NCBI GenBank assembly: GCA_965369865.1
Contig: CBDURU010000009.1
Coordinates: 1 to 56,432, forward strand
Reading direction: 5' to 3'
Source of the DNA: an uncultured bacterium
Lineage (GTDB): Bacteria; JAJVIF01; JAPKYR01
DNA: 56,432 nucleotides
Of the stretch, positions 1 through 9,078 are shown one piece after another; the first letter of the stretch is position 1, and each line of letters starts with the position of its first letter. The notes beneath the pieces are model-generated. The model worked only from the letters and a program-made list of their open reading frames with translations, did no database searches and was not told the DNA's origin. Made by a program: the position numbers and the translations under genes.

Positions 1-937
1 GATGCGTCGTACTCCCCTGCCAGTCATAGACATCGATGAGAAGCTTCGTTTGTCCACCAAGGTTGGTCAGGCCTTCGCCAATCTTCTCCTCAGTTACAAC
101 AACCTTCCATGGCTCGGCGCAGTTCGCGTTTATATCAAAATCAGTCAGCGGATCATCAACCGGCGATGTGATCGGTGGCAACATGCTGGCGTCGACCGCA
201 TAGCCGATCACGAAAGCCCCGGTTGGAGGTTGCAGGGAAAATGTCTGCATATCGGACGACCCGGCATAAAACGCGTTACGATTATTCAATGGATTGTCGG
301 TTATGAAATATTTGTATCCGTTGATGTCCGAATTCGGGACCGCCCCCGCAGCCAGTTCTCCGGGGTAATATTTTTTAAATTCTCTGGCAGGTGTTGTCAT
401 GGTTGAACCGTTATATAACGCGGTGTAGCCATCAGGATTTAGCAGTACCCCATCGCCGAGAGCCGGATTGGATACTGTTTTTCCGGACATTGGAAACTCA
501 TGGTTCCCATTGAACATTATGATCCCCCGTACATCGAAAACGGAAGCATCCAGATTATCGAACGGATGATCGATCTGTATATAGACATCCAGCTTGCCAG
601 GTTCGGGGAATTTGATTGCGACGACATTGAAGCAATCCGTACATGGGTTTATTTCAAGTAACTTCAGTACGTTGAAGTGAACTTCCACCTGACGTACCGG
701 GATAACCTCAAACTGTGGACCGTCCGGATGGTCTGGATCAATGTAAATGTAACTGTAATGCATGAGGTAATGACCGGTGCCATCGGAATTTGCATCCAAT
801 ACTTCCCTGACTGTCAATTCTGTTGAGGATTCAGGATTATCCGGAGATACTGGTTGAGATGAATTTGAGGAGCAACCGCATATGATTATCACCATGAATG
901 AAAACAAAAAAATGCCGCGCAGTGAAAGAATCATCAT
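1..937 (-). CDS. Lipoprotein of the repeated N-terminal-domain family (3' part runs off the window start)
   Basis: Not in the ORF track; translated by hand. GGAGG RBS, ATG at 937, MMILSLRGIFLFSFMVIIICGC lipobox, then IDHP, FDVRGI, LLNPDGYT, INGYKYF, YAVDAS, EPW and YDWQG motifs shared with the other paralogs. Frame is open to the window edge. Confidence 0.85.
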   Translation of the reverse strand, partial: MMILSLRGIFLFSFMVIIICGCSSNSSQPVSPDNPESSTELTVREVLDANSDGTGHYLMHYSYIYIDPDHPDGPQFEVIPVRQVEVHFNVLKLLEINPCTDCFNVVAIKFPEPGKLDVYIQIDHPFDNLDASVFDVRGIIMFNGNHEFPMSGKTVSNPALGDGVLLNPDGYTALYNGSTMTTPAREFKKYYPGELAAGAVPNSDINGYKYFITDNPLNNRNAFYAGSSDMQTFSLQPPTGAFVIGYAVDASMLPPITSPVDDPLTDFDINANCAEPWKVVVTEEKIGEGLTNLGGQTKLLIDVYDWQGSTTH

Positions 938-1047
938 TTGCCTCCCTGAATTTACTGTCAACAAAAAATATTATTACTGATTAGCCTGGCTTTGTTAATA
1001 CTAATTCTACCCTATATTGGGAAAATGGGAAGTAGCAGATGGACGAT

Positions 1048-3360
1048 TCAAGATTCCGGTTGATGAATTACATCGAGCGTAGTGTCATCAGTACCATCCA
1101 TTAACCTGGTTCGTAAATTTGAGTACCTGTGGGCTGTACGTGTATTTTTAATCGCGCGCCAGAGGGCTTTTTTCTGGCCGATCAATACGCAGAATTTTTT
1201 AGCCCTGGTGATACCTGTATACAGGAGATTACGCTGGAGCATAATCCAGTGGGCAGTTGTAATTGGAAATACAACGCATGGGTATTCGCTTCCCTGCGAT
1301 TTATGGATAGTGATCGCGTAGGCGAGGACAAGCTGCTCGAGATCCGACCGCCGGTAATGCACGAGCCTGTCGTATTCGATCGCAACTTTTCCTTCCCTCC
1401 TGTCGATAAAAGTTATCCGTCCGATATCGCCGTTGAATACTTCGAGGTCGTAATTATTTTTGGTTTGCATAACCCGATCACCCTCGCGGAAAAGGCGATC
1501 GCCGAGTTTCAGTTCATTTTTCGAATTGTGCGGCGGGTTGCAGGTCTCCTGGAGCCGATGGTTTAATTCACGGGCGCCTGCCGACCCGGCATGCATCGGA
1601 GTGAGAACCTGGATCTCTGTCAGTGGATCGAAATCTTTTGAGAGTTTTTCCGCGACTGTCCGTATGACAAGATCGCCGATGATATCCTTGTTATCTTCCG
1701 ATTGCCAGCGAAAATCCTTCCGTCCTCCTTCGGGATCGAATGTCGGGCCCTGTCCCCGGTTGATCCTGTGAGCGTTCCTGATAATAAGGCTTCCCGCGGC
1801 CTGCCGGAAAATTTCAGTGAGTTCCACAACCGGCACCACACCCGAGTCGATCAAGTCATTCAACACCGTTCCCGGCCCGACCGACGGCAACTGGTCGACA
1901 TCGCCAATGAGTATCAATCGCGCTCCAGCCGGAAGTGCCCGGAGCATGTAGTACATAAGGGGGACATCGAGCATGGATGCTTCATCGACAACAAGTACTT
2001 TACAATCGAGAGGGAAATCCGCGTTGCGACCGAATCCCTGTTGAGGATGGAATTCAAGCAGGCGGTGAATAGTGCTTGCGGGACGGCCGCATGCTTCTTC
2101 AAGGCGTTTTGCAGCTCGTCCGGTAGGGGACGCGAGGCTGACATTTCGCTGAAGCTGTTCGAACAGGCGAACTATGATCCTGACCGTTGTGCTCTTACCT
2201 GTACCGGGTCCGCCGGTGATAATAAGGCACTGGTGTTTGAACGCCTTTATGACCGCCTGAACTTGCTGGTGGGCAAGATCGATTTTTTCAATCCTCTGGA
2301 TCTGATCGATTTTAGCGACCAGGGCGTTCCTGTCGAATTTTTTAGCCTTGCCTTTGGCCAGCTTTCCGATGATCCCGGCGATCCGGCATTCGGCTTCATG
2401 AAGGAATCTTATATAGATCCGTCCATGATCGTCGACGACATCTTCGCTCTGGATCAGGAAACTCAATGCATCGCCAAGGTCATTGACATCCGCATCGAGA
2501 AGGTCGCTTCCATGCGACAGGAGTTCCTGTTTCGGGAAATACACATGTCCGTCGCCGGAGACTTCCTTAAGGATATACTTGATCCCGGCACGGTAACGTT
2601 TCGGGTCGTCACGTGCCATACCGAGTTTCTGCGCGATCTGGTCGGCGGTTTTAAAGCCAATTCCGAATATGTCATCGGCAAGAGTGTACGGATTATCATG
2701 GAGTACCCGAACCGCGTCATCTCCATACTCCTTGTAAATTTTCACAGCCCTTGCGGGGGAAACATTGTGATCCTGGAGGAAAATCATGAGGTTACGGATC
2801 GCTTTCTGTTTCCTGAACGATTCCGCCAGGGACCCGGCACGCTTGCGGCCTATTCCCGGCACTTCCCGCAAACGTTCCGGGGTATCCTCGATAACTTCGA
2901 ATACATCGTCTTTGAAATGGCGGACGATTTTACTCGCGAAAACCGGTCCAATTCCGGGCACGAGTCCGGACGCGAGATATTTTTCCATTCCATTGAGGGT
3001 AGGGGGCGCGCTCATACGGGACTGGCTGACATCGAACTGAAGGCCGAACTTCTCATGCTCGATCCATTTTCCAAGGAGTGTAAGGTGTTCGCCTTCGTTT
3101 ATGGCGGTAAACCGTCCGACAACCGTGTGAAGTCCCGGTGTTGTAGTCCGAAACCCACCGTTTTTCGTCCGCATGGTTACCCGGTCTTCTTTTGGGTGCC
3201 CGGTCCCATCGATTTTAAATCGCGCCACGGTGTAACCGTTTTCATCATTATGGTACGTGATGCGTTCGACAATTCCCTGGATCTCTTCAGTTTCACCAGG
3301 CTCGTCAACAGGACGGGTGGAATCGGGAATCAAAGGCTGCTGCGACATATCGGTTTTCAT
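1048..3360 (-). CDS. recD2: ATP-dependent RecD-like DNA helicase RecD2
   Basis: N-terminal IQGIVERITYHN..NGYTV, HhH motifs (VPGIG twice), Walker A GGPGTGKS, VVDEASM, GDVDQLPSVGPG, LAYAITIHKSQGSE, YTGITRAK. Confidence 0.93.
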   Translation of the reverse strand: MKTDMSQQPLIPDSTRPVDEPGETEEIQGIVERITYHNDENGYTVARFKIDGTGHPKEDRVTMRTKNGGFRTTTPGLHTVVGRFTAINEGEHLTLLGKWIEHEKFGLQFDVSQSRMSAPPTLNGMEKYLASGLVPGIGPVFASKIVRHFKDDVFEVIEDTPERLREVPGIGRKRAGSLAESFRKQKAIRNLMIFLQDHNVSPARAVKIYKEYGDDAVRVLHDNPYTLADDIFGIGFKTADQIAQKLGMARDDPKRYRAGIKYILKEVSGDGHVYFPKQELLSHGSDLLDADVNDLGDALSFLIQSEDVVDDHGRIYIRFLHEAECRIAGIIGKLAKGKAKKFDRNALVAKIDQIQRIEKIDLAHQQVQAVIKAFKHQCLIITGGPGTGKSTTVRIIVRLFEQLQRNVSLASPTGRAAKRLEEACGRPASTIHRLLEFHPQQGFGRNADFPLDCKVLVVDEASMLDVPLMYYMLRALPAGARLILIGDVDQLPSVGPGTVLNDLIDSGVVPVVELTEIFRQAAGSLIIRNAHRINRGQGPTFDPEGGRKDFRWQSEDNKDIIGDLVIRTVAEKLSKDFDPLTEIQVLTPMHAGSAGARELNHRLQETCNPPHNSKNELKLGDRLFREGDRVMQTKNNYDLEVFNGDIGRITFIDRREGKVAIEYDRLVHYRRSDLEQLVLAYAITIHKSQGSEYPCVVFPITTAHWIMLQRNLLYTGITRAKKFCVLIGQKKALWRAIKNTRTAHRYSNLRTRLMDGTDDTTLDVIHQPES

Positions 3361-3508
3361 TGTAACATGATTTTGAATTTCGCAGGTATTACAGGGAAAT
3401 AGTCAAATTCCCTGCGAGCGAATCTTATGATAGAACGTTTGGGAGAGCCAATTCCTGACATAAAAAATTTAAAATAAGCAAAAATTCCAGCCTTGCCCCC
3501 TGTTAGCG

Positions 3509-3537
3509 TTGCGACTTTTAACTGATAATACTATATT
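3509..3537 (+). promoter_or_regulatory. Putative sigma70 promoter for 3594..5615
   Basis: TTGCGA-N17-TATATT upstream of a GAGGAGG RBS. Confidence 0.45.
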
Positions 3538-3593
3538 AGTTTTAATTAGGAATCGTCCGACCGTCGGCAAGGCGGAAAGCGAGGAGGCATTCA

Positions 3594-4667
3594 ATGGGTT
3601 TCAATATCGGTGGCGGAATCGCCAAAGCCGGGAAAGGCTGTTTGGATTCAATAGCGGGGATATTCTTCGGCGTAATTTTATTTGGCCTGGCATTCTTACC
3701 GGCTGTTTGTTCTGAAAATGTGGAGGAGGTTTCCAAATTAGTGGAAGAGCTCCCGTTGACTTCCCTTACGGATGCATCATCAACCGACGGCCTTATCAAA
3801 ATCCAGGGTGAACCCTCCGATGTGGACTCTATCGATTTTAGGCAAGAGGGATGCTCGGATTTAAGAAATGGACTCGATGTCTTCTGGTATGAGTGGACAC
3901 TGTATGAATACACCGAACGTGAGGTTACAAGTACCGATTCTGACGGGAATTCGTATACCGAGATAGAAGAGGACTGGGAAATGGAAGAAACGGAATCGGA
4001 TGTCGCCGATTTTTCCCTTGAAGATGTTGACGTAAATCCCGACAGCGCGCGTGTCCTTCTTGTGGAAGCCGATAAATGCGATGACAGGGGACCTGAAATC
4101 ATCGGTGAGGAATGGCTTCATGTGGAATACATGCCGGTGGACGATCTTGACACACTCCTGGTTATTGGCGAAAAGAGCGGGGACAGGATCAGGGCTGGAC
4201 ATCCATTTATCGTGACCGACCTGAACTCACCCGAGCTGGTCGCGCAACTCGCACAAGAGGAAGCAACCGCGCGGACTGTTTTGACCATCATCAGCATTGT
4301 CCTGTTCTTTATTGCATTCAACCTGATAATCGGACCGCTGTTATTCGTCCTGAAATACGTACCGGTAATCGGTAAAGGGTTAAGGTTTATGATTGGAATA
4401 GGGAGTTTAATACTCGCGGTCATATTCACATTTCTGACGAAATTCATCATCGCGTTCTGGTGGGTGATTCTCCTTCTGCTGATCGTTATAATTGTGGTTC
4501 TGGTCAATATAAGTAAAAGGAAGGAAGCTCCTGCACCGGCTCCTGAAGTCCATAAGGCTGAAGATGGCACAGGAGAATCGAAACCTAAATTCTGTCCGAA
4601 ATGCGGCGATCCTGTCGATGTGAATGAAAAATTCTGCACGAAGTGCGGGAATAATCTGATTGATTAG
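3594..4667 (+). CDS. Membrane protein (TMEM43-like layout) with C-terminal zinc ribbon
   Basis: N-terminal TM, acidic soluble domain, ~3 C-terminal TMs, CPKCG..FCTKCG zinc ribbon. Confidence 0.7.
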   Translation: MGFNIGGGIAKAGKGCLDSIAGIFFGVILFGLAFLPAVCSENVEEVSKLVEELPLTSLTDASSTDGLIKIQGEPSDVDSIDFRQEGCSDLRNGLDVFWYEWTLYEYTEREVTSTDSDGNSYTEIEEDWEMEETESDVADFSLEDVDVNPDSARVLLVEADKCDDRGPEIIGEEWLHVEYMPVDDLDTLLVIGEKSGDRIRAGHPFIVTDLNSPELVAQLAQEEATARTVLTIISIVLFFIAFNLIIGPLLFVLKYVPVIGKGLRFMIGIGSLILAVIFTFLTKFIIAFWWVILLLLIVIIVVLVNISKRKEAPAPAPEVHKAEDGTGESKPKFCPKCGDPVDVNEKFCTKCGNNLID

Positions 4668-4754
4668 CAATCCGGTAACATGGGACAATTTCCCGGCAAA
4701 TTCTGCCGGGACGTTGCCTCTTTTATACAAGAAAAAAAGAAGATGGAGGAAAAT

Positions 4755-5615
4755 ATGTTCTGTCCAAATTGCGGCAATCAACTGGAAGATGCCGCCAGAT
4801 TCTGCGACAACTGCGGTGAAAACCTGGCTGGGGGAACCACCGCCACAGCGACAACCACCGCGGTTACGAAGCTTGAGTATCGAATCAAGGGGGAAGTTCT
4901 TCAGACTGTCGAGATCGACCTTCCACAGGGTGAAAGAGTGTTTTCGGAGACCGGTGGGATGATCTGGATGGACCAGGTCATCGAGATGGAAACGTCGATT
5001 CAGAAAGGAACTGAAAGCAAGGGATTACTCGGAAATCTCCTCGGGGCCGCGTCCCGTATGCTGCAGGGCGAGAGCCTGTTTTTAAATTACTTCGCAGCGA
5101 ACAGCGGTCCGGGAACGGTTTCATTCGCGTCGAGTTTCCCAGGGAAAATTCTCCCATTTGACCTCTCAGCAGGAGAGTCGTTGATCGCGCAGAGAGGGAG
5201 TTTCCTTGTGGGGCAGGAAAATGTCGATCTGGCAATGGAATGGCGTGGAGCCGGGGCCGCGTTTTTTGGCGGGGAAGGACTTATTCTTCAAAGGCTCACC
5301 GGACCGGGACTCGCGTTCCTTGAGATCGATGGTGAATTAACCGAACGCGATCTCCAGGCCGGGCAAACATTACTCGTAGACACCGGGCATATCGCATGTT
5401 TCGAGTCGAGCGTCACATATGACATCCAGCTTCAGAAGGGATTCAAGAACATTTTTCTCGGGGGTGAGGGAATTTTCCTCGCACGGTTGACCGGTCCCGG
5501 AAAAGTGTGGCTGCAGCACATGACGATGACCAAGCTTGCCGGACGGCTTGTGCCGTTCCTGCCATTTGAACGGTCGGGCGGTGGAGGATCGAAATTTAAT
5601 TTGAATCTGGGATAA
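4755..5615 (+). CDS. AIM24/TIGR00266 family protein with N-terminal zinc ribbon
   Basis: GGAGG RBS before ATG 4755 (ORF track starts at 4680); FCPNCG..FCDNCG; ETGGMIWM, GESLFLN, FFGGEGLILQ, GGEGIFLARLTGPGKVWLQ. Confidence 0.88.
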   Translation: MFCPNCGNQLEDAARFCDNCGENLAGGTTATATTTAVTKLEYRIKGEVLQTVEIDLPQGERVFSETGGMIWMDQVIEMETSIQKGTESKGLLGNLLGAASRMLQGESLFLNYFAANSGPGTVSFASSFPGKILPFDLSAGESLIAQRGSFLVGQENVDLAMEWRGAGAAFFGGEGLILQRLTGPGLAFLEIDGELTERDLQAGQTLLVDTGHIACFESSVTYDIQLQKGFKNIFLGGEGIFLARLTGPGKVWLQHMTMTKLAGRLVPFLPFERSGGGGSKFNLNLG

Positions 5616-5650
5616 TGTAGCTTGGACTTCCAGTTCATGATTTTCAAAAA

Positions 5651-5677
5651 CACGGGCTTTCGGGTCCGTGATTTTTT
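5651..5677 (+). terminator. Intrinsic terminator
   Basis: CACGGGC-tttcgg-GTCCGTG followed by a T run, A run upstream. Confidence 0.65.
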
Positions 5678-5844
5678 ATGGTGGGTGCCCTCTCGTCGGT
5701 GAACCAAACGATGGATGGTATAATCAAAATAATGTGAGTGGGAATGAATGAGCATGGTAGGGGGAATGACGAAATTAATTTTTAATGGTAAACAGGTTGC
5801 GGTAGCAAGGCTAATTGCTTTTTCCATGTTACTAAAAGAACACC

Positions 5845-6900
5845 ATGAAAATGTCACCTAAACAAAAAGTTTACTTTAATGTTTCATTGGGAATACTGGC
5901 ATCTTGCATCGGGATGAGCATATTCTTTTTCCCCGCTAAGATCCAAAAGTACTGGTTATTAACTTTTGGGCCACGGAATGCTGATTATCTAATATCCATA
6001 ATTGATGAGTCCCGTCAGGTTGATGCCTGGTTTGACAGTCAGGTAGTTGAAGTTTTCAAAGCCATTTTAATCAATGGAAGAGATTCGGGATTCCTGGACG
6101 AGCTTAGATTAATATCCTCCATGGATTCTACAAAGGGTGAGATCGCAGCACTTGCACTTTTTAAACTTGGACATGATCAACATAATATGATTAATAAAAT
6201 AGTTAACCGTTTTGGGATGCAACCACAGGGAGGTAATGGAGCTGGAATTCTACTGGATAGCGAATTGGATCCCATTAAACATTCTTCGTTTCGGCATAAT
6301 TTCATAGTTGGTTTTGAAAGCAGTAATCAGCTCGCAAAGGTAAGAAGATTGCGTATTTTATCTGTATTTTTACTATATGATGATGTTGTAGATTTTATAA
6401 TTCAACAAACTATGAGTGATGATATGGATGTTAGGATAAAAGCTATATGGGTTTTGGGCAAAACTGCAGCATCAAATTCTAACACAACAATAAATGAAAT
6501 TATTGTACCTCACTTGACCTTAATATTTAATAATTCTAACTCAACATTTGATGAAAGAGCGGCTGCATTATTGGGATTAGCTGACCTTGGATGGACACCT
6601 GAAATAGAAAGAATGATAGTTGAATACTTTACAAATGGAGGAATGTATGAAAAGGTAACCGCACTGGATGCGCTTGTGTTCTTAGATAGACCTGACCGTG
6701 CACTACTACACGCAACTCGTTGCATATTTTATCCTGAGCTATCTATTTCATATCAAGCTTTGATTACTACTATCTTCATAATCATCCTGCATTTTTGGTG
6801 GGTAATCATACTTAGTATCTTTGCACTAATAATTACGATGCAATTGAAAACAAAATTAAAAAAAAAGCGGGTGCCGACGACAAGCGGAGCGAAAGCGTAG
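5845..6900 (+). CDS. AT-rich HEAT-repeat-like membrane-anchored hypothetical protein
   Basis: N- and C-terminal TMs; DVRIKAIWVLG and ERAAALLGLADL HEAT-like helices; composition visibly AT-richer than the flanks. Confidence 0.65.
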   Translation: MKMSPKQKVYFNVSLGILASCIGMSIFFFPAKIQKYWLLTFGPRNADYLISIIDESRQVDAWFDSQVVEVFKAILINGRDSGFLDELRLISSMDSTKGEIAALALFKLGHDQHNMINKIVNRFGMQPQGGNGAGILLDSELDPIKHSSFRHNFIVGFESSNQLAKVRRLRILSVFLLYDDVVDFIIQQTMSDDMDVRIKAIWVLGKTAASNSNTTINEIIVPHLTLIFNNSNSTFDERAAALLGLADLGWTPEIERMIVEYFTNGGMYEKVTALDALVFLDRPDRALLHATRCIFYPELSISYQALITTIFIIILHFWWVIILSIFALIITMQLKTKLKKKRVPTTSGAKA

Positions 6901-6966
6901 CTTGTCGGCGATCCAGAACCCTCAAGATCAAGGGCAGAATGCCCGTGGGACTGAAGAGCTTGGCCA

Positions 6967-7026
6967 GAATGGCCAAGTTACATTTTAGGGAATGGCCAAG
7001 TTACATTTTAGGGAATGGCCAAGTTA
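6967..7026. repeat. 23-nt tandem repeat, ~2.6 copies
   Basis: GAATGGCCAAGTTACATTTTAGG at 6967 and 6990, partial copy at 7013. Confidence 0.9.
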
Positions 7027-7093
7027 GAATTTGCGGAAATTCATGGTCATGCGTATTATGGGTGGGGTAAATTCGTGCCATAAAGGTGACCCG

Positions 7094-8032
7094 ATGAAGC
7101 CAGGACAAAAACTCGTGGGAGCGATTCTTGCCGCAGGAAAGGGATCACGCCTTCAACCGCTGTCGGAAGCCTATCCCAAACCGTTACTTCCGATCTGCAA
7201 TAAGCCGATTGTTGGATACCAGCTCGATTATATGCGCGACCTGGGGATCACCGATGTGTATATGGTGGTCGGGGAACTTGGGGATATGTTTGAGCGGCAG
7301 TTCGGGGACGGGTCTGATCTTGGCATGAAGCTCCATTATCTCACACAGGAATCGCAGCTCGGGATCGCGCACGCTGTGATGAAGCTGGAGCAGTATATTT
7401 CATCGCCATTCATGCTTTTCCTTGGCGATATTTTTATCATCTCCCATACCCTGGACGATATGGTCAAACAATGGCGCGACCATGACTGTGATGCGGTACT
7501 GGCGGTCAAACCGGATACACCCGACAACATCATGAGGAATTTCGCGGTTGTGCTGAATGACGGGGGAAGGGTGACGAGGGTGATCGAAAAACCGCGCTAT
7601 CCGGTCAATGATCTGAAAGGCTGCGGGATTTACCTGTTCGATGTGAGCATTTTTGATGCTATCCGTCGAACTCCCCGCACAGCTATGCGTGATGAATACG
7701 AGATCACGGAATCGATCCAGATATATATCGAGGACGGGCATCCGGTTTACGTATCGCATGCCCTCGAGGACGACATCAATATCACTTTCCCGGAGGATAT
7801 GATCGACTGCTGTATCCGGGAGATGAAACACCGGGGAGTGGATAAAATAATCGGGACCGGTGCGATCTTCCGTAGCGAACCGGAGATAAAGTGGTCGGTA
7901 ATTGGTGACAATGCAGTGATCGATGGGGATGGCCCGGTAGAGGAGTGCGTGGTTTTCCCGAATACGAGGGTAATGAAGGAAGGCCCGATAAAGCGGATGA
8001 TTTTCACACCGGAGTACGAGCTTAAATTTTAA
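7094..8032 (+). CDS. Sugar-phosphate nucleotidyltransferase (glucose-1-phosphate thymidylyltransferase-like)
   Basis: ILAAGKGSRLQPL..PKPLLP, QLGIAHAV, LGD, VIEKP, EYEIT; start at 7094 preferred over the ORF-track start 7031. Confidence 0.88.
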   Translation: MKPGQKLVGAILAAGKGSRLQPLSEAYPKPLLPICNKPIVGYQLDYMRDLGITDVYMVVGELGDMFERQFGDGSDLGMKLHYLTQESQLGIAHAVMKLEQYISSPFMLFLGDIFIISHTLDDMVKQWRDHDCDAVLAVKPDTPDNIMRNFAVVLNDGGRVTRVIEKPRYPVNDLKGCGIYLFDVSIFDAIRRTPRTAMRDEYEITESIQIYIEDGHPVYVSHALEDDINITFPEDMIDCCIREMKHRGVDKIIGTGAIFRSEPEIKWSVIGDNAVIDGDGPVEECVVFPNTRVMKEGPIKRMIFTPEYELKF

Positions 8033-8061
8033 ATTATTCATTGTTTTTAAGGAGGAATTGC

Positions 8062-8856
8062 GTGTATTTTATGTATGTTGATGAATCAGGAGACCCAGGA
8101 TTACCAAGGCCAACTTTACCAATTAATAGGCAACCTAGCCAACATTACATCCTAACAGGTGTTGTGATCGCAGCGACCGATTGGCGAAATTACTTAAATA
8201 AAATTATTTCTATCAGACGATACTTAAAAAATAAATATGGGCTATTGAACCGGATCGAGCTCCATGGAACAAAGCTAATTAATCCACATCATGATCCTGA
8301 TTACAGTGCTATTGGTTCCAAACGAATTAGAGTTGCACTGTACGCTGACGTATTTAGATTATTGGTGGCACATTTACCTTCCGCTATCATTATTAATATT
8401 AACCTGGATAAAAATAACCCTTCATATTCTTCAAGTTTAACGACTGGTGACATACAGAACATTGCCTGGGACAGATTAATTCAAAGATATAATACATATC
8501 TCCAAAGGTCTTGTGCTGGTGATCTTGGTCTAATCTTTGCAGATCAGACTAATGAAATCAAAGTCAGGGGTTTGCTTAGGAAAATGAGGTTTTTCAATCC
8601 TGTCCCCAGTCATTTCGGAGGTTCTTATTCTGCCACTGTTGATTATATAGTTGAAGATCCAGTAATGCGTGATTCCAAGCAATCATATTTTATCCAAATT
8701 GCTGATTTAGTCTGCCATGCACTCTATCGGAAATTGTACCCTAAGGGAAGCTATCGGAGGTTTGGGATCGATAGACTATTTAACATTATTGGCCCTCTGT
8801 GTTTACAGGCAGCTTCAAGACATGATCCGCATAAACTTGGGATCGTGCATTTGTAA
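8062..8856 (+). CDS. DUF3800 family protein (predicted RNase H-like fold)
   Basis: GGAGGA RBS then GTG at 8062; N-terminal YVDESG, ELH, IFAD and C-terminal IQIADL (QxxD) motifs; AT-rich. Confidence 0.88.
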   Translation: MYFMYVDESGDPGLPRPTLPINRQPSQHYILTGVVIAATDWRNYLNKIISIRRYLKNKYGLLNRIELHGTKLINPHHDPDYSAIGSKRIRVALYADVFRLLVAHLPSAIIININLDKNNPSYSSSLTTGDIQNIAWDRLIQRYNTYLQRSCAGDLGLIFADQTNEIKVRGLLRKMRFFNPVPSHFGGSYSATVDYIVEDPVMRDSKQSYFIQIADLVCHALYRKLYPKGSYRRFGIDRLFNIIGPLCLQAASRHDPHKLGIVHL

Positions 8857-8860
8857 AGAT

Positions 8861-8933
8861 AAAAAACGCGCTCGCGTCAAGCGAGCGTCTTTGTCGCGGC
8901 CGGACACTCTCCATTAGGGACAGGCCGGTCGCA
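8861..8933 (-). ncRNA. Putative DUF3800-associated structured small RNA, convergent with the DUF3800 gene
   Basis: Own promoter at 8939-8967; long stem 8896-8903/8925-8932 with an inner hairpin; terminator hairpin 8869-8887 then U6 on the minus strand. Confidence 0.7.
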
Positions 8934-8938
8934 CTATT

Positions 8939-8967
8939 AATATACCATATTATTTATATCTCGGCAA
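8939..8967 (-). promoter_or_regulatory. sigma70 promoter with extended -10 driving the small RNA
   Basis: Minus strand TTGCCG-N17-TATATT, with TG one base before the -10. Confidence 0.7.
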
Positions 8968-9078
8968 GTAGTCTAATCCAATGGTTCCCGCTAGACAATC
9001 CAGTCCAGGTTTTGATTGAATTTTCCAAATCTCTCCTTTACCATGCTCTTGAAACCTGATCACTGAAGGGAGCATGTC

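Noticed and set aside
2..406. 134-aa plus-strand ORF
   Set aside because: Antisense to the lipoprotein gene at <1-937, which has an RBS, lipobox and family motifs.
1702..3402. 566-aa plus-strand ORF
   Set aside because: Antisense shadow of recD2 with no recognisable motifs.
6885..7030. Hammerhead ribozyme (CTGAAGA core followed by a stem) or integron attC site
   Set aside because: No GAAA follows the stem and no valid stem I with an NUH site could be built; no AAC/GTT attC core ends; no integrase in the window.
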